Below, in pieces: positions 56,598 to 64,000 of a stretch of 64,000 nt of DNA. Source of the DNA: Trueperaceae bacterium (lineage in GTDB: Bacteria; Deinococcota; Deinococci; Deinococcales; Trueperaceae); contig JAXHNB010000009.1 of NCBI GenBank assembly GCA_034520945.1, positions 96,001 to 160,000 of the forward strand, given 5' to 3'. The notes below the pieces were generated by a model that saw nothing but the letters and a program-made list of their open reading frames with translations, did not search any database and was not told where the DNA came from. The position numbers and the translations under genes were made by a program. Every line of letters starts with the position of its first letter. Position 1 is the first letter of the stretch.

Positions 56598-57740
56598 ATG
56601 AACAGCGTCCCGTTCACCATCATCGCGACCGGCGCACTGGTGGGCATCGCCGCGTCGCTGCTGGGCACCTTCCTGGTGCTGCGCAAGAACGCCATGCTCA
56701 CCGACGCGATCAGCCACTCGATCGTGTTCGGCATCGTGATCGTTTGGCTCCTCACCCGACAACAGAGCGGACCCGTGCAACTCGTCGGCGCCGCCCTGTC
56801 GGGGGTGCTCACCGTGTTCCTGACCGAACTGTTGACCCGCACGCGCCGGGTCAAGAGCGACGCCGCCATCGGGCTGGTGTTCCCGGTGCTGTTCTCGGTC
56901 GGGGTGCTGCTCCTCAACCTGTACGCCCGCGACGTGCACATCGACACGCACACCGTGCTGCTGGGCGAGATCGGCTTCGTGTGGCTGAACACCACGCCGA
57001 TCGGCGGCGTCGAGGTGCCCGTGGCGCTGGCATGGATGAGCGTGGTCACCGTCGTGAACTTGGCGTTCGTGACGGGGTTCTACAAGGAGCTCAAGATCTC
57101 GACCTTCGATCCCGCCCTCGCCACTTCGCTCGGGTTCCTGCCCGGGGCGCTGTTCTACGCCCTGCTGACGCTGACCAGCGTCACCGCCGTGGCGGCGTTC
57201 GACGCCGTCGGTGCGGTGCTGTTCATCGCGTTCGCCATCGTGCCGCCCGCGACGGGCTACCTGCTGACCGACCGCCTATGGCGCATGATCGCCTATGGCG
57301 CGCTGGCATCGATCCTCGCCAGCGTGATCGGCTACCTGCTGGCGAACGCCTGGAACGTGTCGATCGGCGGCATGATGGCGGTCGTGGCCGGTGCGTTGCT
57401 GATGCTGGCCTTCCTGTTCGGGCCGCGCTACGGCCTCATCGCGCAGGAGGTCGCGCGCCGCACGCAGCGCCTCGCCAACCAGACCCGCGCGCTGAGTGTC
57501 CACCTCTACAACCATGAACACGAAGGACCGAGCGAAGAAAACGTGGTCGGCGCCCTGCAGCGTCACCTGCGCTGGACGCCGGAAGGGGCGCAGCGCGTGC
57601 TGCTCCGCGCTCTCGACCGGGGCATGGTCGAGCGGGACGGCCAGCAGCTCCGCCTCACGCCCAAGGGCCGCATCGCCGCGCGCGAGGTGCTGGAACCGTG
57701 GGGGGCGAGGTCCGCCTCCGGGAGCGGGGAGGACGCGTGA
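56598..57740 (+). CDS. troD: Metal ABC transporter permease with C-terminal wHTH-like tail
   Basis: MLTDAISHS, HIDTHTVLLGE, YKELKISTFD; tail HLYNHE...LRLTPKGR. Confidence 0.88.
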   Translation: MNSVPFTIIATGALVGIAASLLGTFLVLRKNAMLTDAISHSIVFGIVIVWLLTRQQSGPVQLVGAALSGVLTVFLTELLTRTRRVKSDAAIGLVFPVLFSVGVLLLNLYARDVHIDTHTVLLGEIGFVWLNTTPIGGVEVPVALAWMSVVTVVNLAFVTGFYKELKISTFDPALATSLGFLPGALFYALLTLTSVTAVAAFDAVGAVLFIAFAIVPPATGYLLTDRLWRMIAYGALASILASVIGYLLANAWNVSIGGMMAVVAGALLMLAFLFGPRYGLIAQEVARRTQRLANQTRALSVHLYNHEHEGPSEENVVGALQRHLRWTPEGAQRVLLRALDRGMVERDGQQLRLTPKGRIAAREVLEPWGARSASGSGEDA

Positions 57741-57764
57741 AGCGGGTCGTTTCGCTGCGCCCCG

Positions 57765-58358
57765 CTAGAGCGCCGACCCCAGCCCGTTCAGCACCATCTG
57801 CACCGCGATCATGATCAGGAGCATCCCCATCAGACGGGCGATGGCCTGCAGGCCCCGTTCCCGCAACAGGCGGTACAGCGCGGGGGAGGCCAGCAGCACG
57901 CCCGCCGTGATCCCCCAGGCCAGACCGATGGCCGCCACCCACCGCCCCATCTCGTCGGGCGCGTTGCGGGACATCAGGATCACCGTCGCCATGGCGGACG
58001 GGCCCGCGATCAATGGGATGGCCAAGGGGACCAGGAACGGCTCGCCTTCGGGCTGGTGACCCATGATGCCCTCCGGGCGCGGAAAGATCAGCCGCAGCCC
58101 GATGATGCCGAGCACGATGCCGCCCGCAATGGTGACCGACTCGCGTTGCAGGCCCAGGAAGTCGAGGATCGCCTGGCCGGTGAACAGGAACGCCAGCAGC
58201 ACGCCCAGCGCGATCAGCAGCTCCCGCGCGATGACGCGCCTGCGCCGGGCCGGATCGACCTGCTCCAACAGCTTCAGCACCAACGGCACGTTGCCGAACG
58301 GGTCCATCACGAACAGCAGCACCGTCGCCGCGGACCAGACGTTGCCTCCGAACTCCAT
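57765..58358 (-). CDS. MarC-family membrane protein
   Basis: VMDPFGNVP, IAGG, VPLAIPLIAGP, RLMGMLL; alternative start at 58409. Confidence 0.92.
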   Translation of the reverse strand: MEFGGNVWSAATVLLFVMDPFGNVPLVLKLLEQVDPARRRRVIARELLIALGVLLAFLFTGQAILDFLGLQRESVTIAGGIVLGIIGLRLIFPRPEGIMGHQPEGEPFLVPLAIPLIAGPSAMATVILMSRNAPDEMGRWVAAIGLAWGITAGVLLASPALYRLLRERGLQAIARLMGMLLIMIAVQMVLNGLGSAL

Positions 58359-58522
58359 GCCCTCGCCTCCCGCTCCATGGCGGCCGACCGCCTGCCCCGC
58401 CGCCGACATGCCACGCAGCCTACCCCCGGGGCGACGTCGGGGACGAGGTACCGAGGCAGGAGGGAGGGCTGCGTCGCCGCGACCCGTGCGCCGGGCGGCC
58501 GCGAGGCCGTAGCATGGCAGGG

Positions 58523-59290
58523 ATGGCGTTCTCGACCGAGGAAACCCTGGCCCTGCGTGCGTTGCGCGACGGCGTACTCCGCCTCGAGGAAGGGGCGTGG
58601 TGGATCGTGGCGTCCGACCACGCCCGCGAGGTTTCGGCGCGGTTGGTGCAGGGCCTGCGGGGCGAGGGGTTGCTGGAGCCGACCGCCGCGCACCGCCGCG
58701 CCGAGGCGGAACTGCGGCTGACCGATCGCGGGCGGCGCGTGGCGGAGCAGGCCGCCGCCGGTCTCGCCGCGCGCGGCGCGGCCGACGAGCGCGGCGCCCG
58801 CACGTTGTTGGCCGGTGGACCGTTGGCGCTGCTGCGTCCCGCCGCGGACTCCGAAGAGGTCGACTACCTACTGGCGATCCGCCTGGGCGTCGCCGAGATC
58901 GGACAGCACCGCCAGCGCCTGGAACGGGCGCACGACGCCTACCGCAACGAGCCCGCCTCGTTCGGCTTCGTGCAGTACCGCACCGAGGTGGCGGCGGTCC
59001 TGATCGGCCCCGCCGCCAAGCGGCGCGGCCTGCTCCCGACAGAGGGTACGCCGTACCTGGTGGCCCGCGGCGGGCTGGGGCGCGACGACACCGACGCGTT
59101 GGGCGCCCGCGGCTGTCCCGACCGGGGCGTGAACTACGGTCCGGACGCGGTGCAGTGGTTCGGCGGGTTCGGCGAGGCCGACCCGTTGATCACCACGCCC
59201 CGCCTGGCGCGCGGCACGTTCGAGGCGATGCTCCGGGAGGCGGAGGCGCTCGCGAGCGTCCGCGGCGGGCGCGAGGAGGAGGCCTCATGA
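58523..59290 (+). CDS. Hypothetical protein (possible N-terminal winged helix)
   Basis: Long ORF with host-like codon usage; TAGCAT -10 seven nt upstream; ATGA overlap with the racemase; LRGEGLL...LRLTDRGR. Confidence 0.65.
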   Translation: MAFSTEETLALRALRDGVLRLEEGAWWIVASDHAREVSARLVQGLRGEGLLEPTAAHRRAEAELRLTDRGRRVAEQAAAGLAARGAADERGARTLLAGGPLALLRPAADSEEVDYLLAIRLGVAEIGQHRQRLERAHDAYRNEPASFGFVQYRTEVAAVLIGPAAKRRGLLPTEGTPYLVARGGLGRDDTDALGARGCPDRGVNYGPDAVQWFGGFGEADPLITTPRLARGTFEAMLREAEALASVRGGREEEAS

Positions 59291-60060
59291 AGACCCTCGG
59301 CCTGTTGGGCGGCATGAGTTGGGAGAGCACCGCCCTGTACTACCGGCGCATCAACGAGGCGGTCCGGGCACGACTCGGGGGGCTGCACTCGGCCCGCATC
59401 GTGATGGTGAGCGTGGACTTCGCGCCGATCGAAGCCCTTCAGGCGGCCGGCGATTGGGACGAGGCCGGGCGGGTCCTTGCCGGGGAGGCCCGGCGCCTCG
59501 AAGCGGCCGGCGCCGAGGCGACCTTGTTGTGCACCAACACCATGCACCGGGTCGCCGGCGCGATCGAGACCGCTACGCAGGTACCCCTGCTGCACATCGC
59601 CGACGCCACCGCCGCCCGCATCCGCGCGGCCGGCGCCCGCCGCGTGGGATTGCTCGGGACCCGCTTCACCATGGAGCAGGACTTCTACCGGGGACGCCTG
59701 CAAGACCGGCACGACCTCGAAGTCCTCGTCCCCGACGCGCACGACCGTGCCCTGCTGCACGACATCATCTTCGGCGAGCTCTGCCTGGGCCAGGTGCGCG
59801 ACGCCTCCCGGCGCGAGGTGGCGCGCATGGTGGACGACCTGGCGGCGCGCGGCGCGGAGGGGGTGATCGAGGGGTGCACCGAGATCACCATGCTGGAGCT
59901 GGGCCAGCTCAGCGACGTACCCCGCTTCGACACCACCGCCCTGCACGCCGAGGCAGCGGTGGCGTGGGCGCTGGACGGGTCGCTGGAGGGTCCGGTGGGC
60001 GGTGCGGTCGACAGCGCGGCGGGCGGCGCGGAGGACGCGGGCTCGGCGCCGGCGAGGTAG
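59287..60060 (+). CDS. Aspartate/glutamate racemase family (YgeA/RacX-like)
   Basis: GLLGGMSWEST, LCTNTMH, GLLGTRFTM, GCTEI, FDTT. Confidence 0.93.
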   Translation: MKTLGLLGGMSWESTALYYRRINEAVRARLGGLHSARIVMVSVDFAPIEALQAAGDWDEAGRVLAGEARRLEAAGAEATLLCTNTMHRVAGAIETATQVPLLHIADATAARIRAAGARRVGLLGTRFTMEQDFYRGRLQDRHDLEVLVPDAHDRALLHDIIFGELCLGQVRDASRREVARMVDDLAARGAEGVIEGCTEITMLELGQLSDVPRFDTTALHAEAAVAWALDGSLEGPVGGAVDSAAGGAEDAGSAPAR

Positions 60061-60069
60061 GCCCCCGCG

Positions 60070-60867
60070 ATGGCGTCCCACGACGAGCCACCGCACGACC
60101 CCTCCGCCCACCTCCGGGAAAACCGGCGCCACTGGGACGCCCAGGCGCCGAACTGGGTCGCCGGCGGCGAACGCGGCTGGGCGCAGGCGAGCCCGACGTG
60201 GGGCATCTGGAACGTCCCGGACGAGGAGCTGACCATGCTTCCGGCCGACATGACCGGGCTCCGGGCGGTCGAGTTGGGGTGCGGCACCGCCTACGTCTCG
60301 GCCTGGATGGCCCGGCGCGGTGCCGAGGTGACGGGCATCGACGCCTCGGAACGGCAACTGGCCACCGCCCGGCGTCTTGCGCGCCAATACGAGCTCTCGC
60401 TGACCTTGGTGCACGGCGACGCCGAGGCCACGCCGTTCACGGATCAGGCGTTCGACTTCGCCATCAGCGAGTACGGCGCGGCCATCTGGTGTGACCCGTA
60501 CGTGTGGATCCCCGAGGCGTGGCGGATCCTCTCGCCCGGCGGTCGGCTGGTGTTCCTTGGGCACCACCCCCTGGCGACGGTGTGCAGCCCCTGGAACGGC
60601 GACGTGGTGGAGCCACGCCTGATCCGCCCCTACTTCGGCCTGCACCGCACCGACTGGACGGGCGCCGAAATCGATCCGGGCGGCATCGAGTTCACACTGC
60701 CGCTGTCCGACTGGATGGCGTTGTTCCGTCGCACCGGGTTCACAGTGGAGGATCTCCGCGAACCGCGCCCTGCGGCCGCGGGCCCGGAGACGCAGTTCTT
60801 CGTGACGGCCGACTGGGCGCGCGACTGGCCCAGCGAGCTGGCGTGGACGCTGCGGAAGCCCGCCTGA
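60070..60867 (+). CDS. Class I SAM-dependent methyltransferase
   Basis: VELGCGTA, GIDAS, GDAE, FDFAISEYG, LSPGGRL. Confidence 0.9.
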   Translation: MASHDEPPHDPSAHLRENRRHWDAQAPNWVAGGERGWAQASPTWGIWNVPDEELTMLPADMTGLRAVELGCGTAYVSAWMARRGAEVTGIDASERQLATARRLARQYELSLTLVHGDAEATPFTDQAFDFAISEYGAAIWCDPYVWIPEAWRILSPGGRLVFLGHHPLATVCSPWNGDVVEPRLIRPYFGLHRTDWTGAEIDPGGIEFTLPLSDWMALFRRTGFTVEDLREPRPAAAGPETQFFVTADWARDWPSELAWTLRKPA

Positions 60868-60980
60868 GCAAGCGCGACGGCCTACGCGTCGCATCGCGTT
60901 CTGTCGATGAATGTGCATGGCCGGGTCGCCTCCGCCCGTCGGGGACGGACGTCCCTGGGCAGGACCCTGGCCCGGCGGCG

Positions 60981-61001
60981 TAAAGTTCAATCATGATTGA
61001 A
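60981..61001 (+). promoter_or_regulatory. Leaderless promoter and ArsR operator overlapping the arsR start
   Basis: TAAAGT-N6-ATG; perfect 16-bp palindrome TTCAATCA|TGATTGAA (60986-61001). Confidence 0.75.
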
Positions 61002-61331
61002 TCAACGCTCGCTGAACCATCCGCCCGCGCGGTGCAACGCTTCAAGGCGCTCGGCGACCCCACGCGGCTCCACATCCTGCACGTGCTCGCGGCCGGGACC
61101 CGCTGCGCCTGCGAAGTCCAAGGGCAGGTGGACGTCGCCGCGAACCTGTTGTCGCATCACCTCAAGGTGCTGCGCGAAGCGGGGTTGATCCGGGGCGCGC
61201 GGCGCGGCCGCTGGATCGACTACGAACTCGATCCAGACGGTCTCGCCGCCGTGTGCGCGGCGCTGCCGAAGCCCGCCGCGGGGCGCATCGAGGCGTCGTG
61301 CGCCTGCGACCGTCGGGAGGTGGACGCATGA
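60993..61331 (+). CDS. arsR: ArsR/SmtB-family repressor (As(III)-type Cys motif)
   Basis: FKALGDPTRL, CACE, LSHHLKVLREAGLI, RRGRW; C-terminal CAC. Confidence 0.9.
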   Translation: MIESTLAEPSARAVQRFKALGDPTRLHILHVLAAGTRCACEVQGQVDVAANLLSHHLKVLREAGLIRGARRGRWIDYELDPDGLAAVCAALPKPAAGRIEASCACDRREVDA

Positions 61332-62395
61332 ACCGGGTGGCCGGGCGCGCCCAGCCGCGGTTGCCCGCGGGCGCCATCGTGGCGACCGCCGCCGCCGTGT
61401 GGCTGGTGGCGTGGCTCGGCAACGAACCGTTCTTCGACTGGTTGGTGTTTGGCGCCGTCGGCCTCGTCGCAGGTACGCGCCTCGGCGACGCCGTCCACTT
61501 TTTCCTCTACGACAGCGTCAAGATCATGCTTCTTCTCAGCGGCGTGATCTTCGCGATCGGGGTGCTGCGCAGCTTCGTCAGCGTGGAGCGTACCCGTGCC
61601 CTTCTCGGTGGACGCCGCCAGGGCGCCGGCAACGTGCTGGCGGCGCTGCTGGGCGTGGCCACGCCGTTCTGCTCGTGCAGCGCGGTGCCGGTGTTCATCG
61701 GTTTCGTGTCGGCCGGTGTTCCGCTGGGCGTGACCCTGTCCTTCCTGATCGCGAGCCCCCTCGTCGACGTGGTCACCATCACCTTGCTGCTGGGGCTGTT
61801 CGGCTGGAAGGTCGCGGCGATCTATGTCGCCGCCGGGCTGACCCTGGCCATCTCCGTGGGCATGCTTCTCGGCCGCATGAACCTGGAGCGCTGGGTCGAA
61901 CCGTTCGTGTTCGAGACCCGCGTCGGCACCGCGGCCGATCCCGCGGGCGGGCTCGCCTGGCGCGACCGCTTCGTGTTCGCCAAGGACGAGGTGGTCGACA
62001 TCCTGCGCCGTATCTGGCCGTTCCTGCTGGTCGGCATCGGACTGGGCGCCGCCATCCACGGTTGGGTGCCCGAGGCGGCGTTCGCCAGCTGGGCCGGACC
62101 CGATCAACCGCTCGCGGTGCCGATTGCGGTGCTGTTGGGCATCCCCCTCTACGCCAACGTGGCGGGCGTGCTCCCGCTGATCGAGGCGTTGCACGCCAAG
62201 GGCCTGGCGCTCGGCACGCTGCTCGCCTTCATGATGGCGGTCGTCGCGCTGTCGCTGCCCGAAACGGTCCTGCTGCGGCGCGTGCTCAAGCCGCGCCTGA
62301 TCGCGCTGTTCATCGTCGTCGTCGGCAGCGGCGTCCTGCTGCTCGGCCTCGGCCTCAACCTTCTCGCCCCCACGCTCCTAGGAGGCACCGCATGA
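61328..62395 (+). CDS. arsP: ArsP-family permease (DUF318)
   Basis: FFLYD, TPFCSCSAVP, FLIASPL, GIPLYAN, MMAVVALSLPE. Confidence 0.88.
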   Translation: MNRVAGRAQPRLPAGAIVATAAAVWLVAWLGNEPFFDWLVFGAVGLVAGTRLGDAVHFFLYDSVKIMLLLSGVIFAIGVLRSFVSVERTRALLGGRRQGAGNVLAALLGVATPFCSCSAVPVFIGFVSAGVPLGVTLSFLIASPLVDVVTITLLLGLFGWKVAAIYVAAGLTLAISVGMLLGRMNLERWVEPFVFETRVGTAADPAGGLAWRDRFVFAKDEVVDILRRIWPFLLVGIGLGAAIHGWVPEAAFASWAGPDQPLAVPIAVLLGIPLYANVAGVLPLIEALHAKGLALGTLLAFMMAVVALSLPETVLLRRVLKPRLIALFIVVVGSGVLLLGLGLNLLAPTLLGGTA

Positions 62396-62628
62396 AGTTG
62401 ATCGTGCTCGGACCCGGATGCGCCAACTGCCAACGCCTCGAAACGAACCTCCGCAAGGCGGTCGACCAGTTGGGCCTCGACGCCACCATCGAGAAGGTGG
62501 AGGACTTCTCCGCGATCCTCGCCTACGGCGTGCAGAGCACCCCCGCGCTGGTGCGCGACGAGAAGCTGGTCATGGCCGGACGCGTGCCCTCGCCGCGCCA
62601 GCTGGCCGACCTCCTCGCCGCCGGCTGA
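62392..62628 (+). CDS. Small redox-active disulfide protein (thioredoxin-like)
   Basis: LGPGCANC...EKVED...YGVQSTPAL...GRVP. Confidence 0.9.
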   Translation: MKLIVLGPGCANCQRLETNLRKAVDQLGLDATIEKVEDFSAILAYGVQSTPALVRDEKLVMAGRVPSPRQLADLLAAG

Positions 62629-62796
62629 CGCGCCCGCGGCGCCACGCACGGCAGCGCCGCCGGATCCTACCGGCGGCGCTGCCGTGTTCTCGACCTGGTG
62701 GTGTGACCTCGCGTGCGGGGCCGAAACGTGCCGGCGAGCGCCCGGTGAAGTCCGGGGCGCTCGCCGGCACGTACGTTCCGTCTCGGACGCGTGCGC

Positions 62797-64000
62797 TCAG
62801 GCGGCGGAGACTTTACGGATCGCCACGCGCGTGGGCCCGCCGTGCCGTGCCGTCGATCCGCTCAAGCGATCGTACTCGGCGGGGAGGATCTGATTGTTGT
62901 TCCCGCCGCGCGGGATCCGATTGGCGAAGTCCTTCGCGGCGACGCGGCCGTAGGCCCAGTGGCCCTGGCCGAAGCACTTGGCGACCGTTCCGGGGCGGAC
63001 GCCTTCCCAGAGCTTGACGTGGGCGGTGAGCGTGCCGGTCGGCGATTCGACCGAGACCGTGTCGCCATTCGCCAGCCCCAGATCTTGCGCGTCGACCGGG
63101 TTGATCTTCAGGACGTCGTCCCAGATCTCGTCGCCCGGGTCGGCGTTCTTGTGCGCCTGGTACCAGGTGCAGTTGGCCGAGCGCCCTTCGCGGTTCAGGC
63201 GGCTACGGTGCTCGAAGAAGACGTAGGGATAGTCCGCCGCATCGCCTTCCCGGTAGGCCGGCTCGTAGTGCGGGAGGAAGGCATGCTCTCCGCGGGCCTC
63301 GTACTTCGTGGCCTCGAGCACCCGGTCGACGTCGACGTCGTGGCGTTCGGCGTGGGCAGTCAAGGCGTCCTTGAGGGTTTCGGAGTAGAACTCGAACTTG
63401 CCGGTCTTCGTGGCGAAGTTGTCGATCTTCTCGCCGGGCTCGAAGCGGTGGCTGTTCCAGACGCCCTTGTCGACGAAGTCGTCCCAGCCTTGGAGCCGGT
63501 CGCCGTACTGGCCGTAGTCGGGATGCGTGGCGTCCCAGGCGGGCCGCGTCAGCAGCTTCAGGGCGTTGAGCGTGAAGCTGGCGCCGTCGGTCGGTGCCGC
63601 GCCGGTCTCGGGGTCGGCGAACTCCTCCTTGAAGTAGCGATGCATGTCGTCGAAGCCGCGATCCGCCAGCGCCTCGGCCAGCATCCAGGGGATCTCCGTC
63701 TCGTCCTGGCGGACGTCCCACATCGGCTCGATCATGCGCTGCGTCAGGCTGGCGTAGCCGTAGAGGTTCTGCTTGCTCTTGAGGAAGCCCCACTTCTCGA
63801 ACATCTGCTGCGCGGCCGGCAGCACGATATCGGCGAAGTGGCTCATCTCGGAGGCGTTCGTGGTGATGTGCGCGAAGAACGGCAGCTTGGAAAGCGCCCG
63901 CTCCCAGCGGCCGGCGCCGGAGGCCGAATACGCGAAGTTGCACCAGTAGCCGATCAGCACCTGGATCGGGTAGGGATCCTCGTCGAGGATGCCGTCGGCG
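62797..64000 (-). CDS. arrA: Molybdopterin oxidoreductase catalytic subunit, C-terminal part; ArrA-like (respiratory arsenate reductase); 5' end outside window
   Basis: ADGILDEDPYPIQVLIGYWCNF, HITTNASE, FADIVLP, TGKFEFYSETL, SRLNREGRSANC, WEGVRPGTVAKCFGQGHWAYGR, PRGGNNN, YDRLSGS. The frame stays open to the window end. Confidence 0.8.
   Translation of the reverse strand, partial: ADGILDEDPYPIQVLIGYWCNFAYSASGAGRWERALSKLPFFAHITTNASEMSHFADIVLPAAQQMFEKWGFLKSKQNLYGYASLTQRMIEPMWDVRQDETEIPWMLAEALADRGFDDMHRYFKEEFADPETGAAPTDGASFTLNALKLLTRPAWDATHPDYGQYGDRLQGWDDFVDKGVWNSHRFEPGEKIDNFATKTGKFEFYSETLKDALTAHAERHDVDVDRVLEATKYEARGEHAFLPHYEPAYREGDAADYPYVFFEHRSRLNREGRSANCTWYQAHKNADPGDEIWDDVLKINPVDAQDLGLANGDTVSVESPTGTLTAHVKLWEGVRPGTVAKCFGQGHWAYGRVAAKDFANRIPRGGNNNQILPAEYDRLSGSTARHGGPTRVAIRKVSAA

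Noticed and set aside
60070..60867. Methyltransferase next to arsR as ArsM
   Set aside because: Lacks the recognisable ArsM Cys arrangement and is coupled to the racemase gene; arsR has its own promoter downstream

Overview
High-GC bacterial chromosomal window. It is most likely Deinococcota (Trueperaceae-like); this is inferred from pervasive leaderless TAnnnT-N6/7-start promoters, PAS-GAF-HD-GYP and TPR-GGDEF proteins, and a Thermus-type Rrf2/NsrR-like regulator. From left to right it contains: (i) the edge of a decayed accessory island at the 3' end of a tRNA-Val(CAC), with two PIN toxin-antitoxin pairs, an AlkC-like pseudogene and TetR/OsmC; (ii) a P-type ATPase, an LLM oxidoreductase and an esterase; (iii) an L-rhamnose uptake/catabolism cluster coupled to lutABC, with a deleted relic of lutA on its far side; (iv) phosphomannomutase, SulP and beta-carbonic anhydrase; (v) a Fic gene whose catalytic core is replaced by an orphan AbiEi antitoxin; (vi) a persulfide dioxygenase-rhodanese-SulP operon behind a perfect CsoR/CstR-type operator; (vii) c-di-GMP and cNMP signalling genes, an Rrf2-Crp-ferredoxin-membrane protein cassette, and gnd followed by an NTP-transferase/GHMP kinase pair; (viii) a fluoride riboswitch with crcB, icd, DtxR/MntR with a ZIP transporter and a troABCD-type metal ABC operon; (ix) a racemase, a methyltransferase, arsR-arsP-thioredoxin and, converging on them, the 3' end of a molybdopterin enzyme that looks like the respiratory arsenate reductase ArrA. 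The ArrA-like gene is the most striking item for this lineage. Several frameshifts (PIN, rhaM, lutA, GHMP kinase) may be long-read assembly indels. All family calls come from motif recognition by eye; no database search was run.
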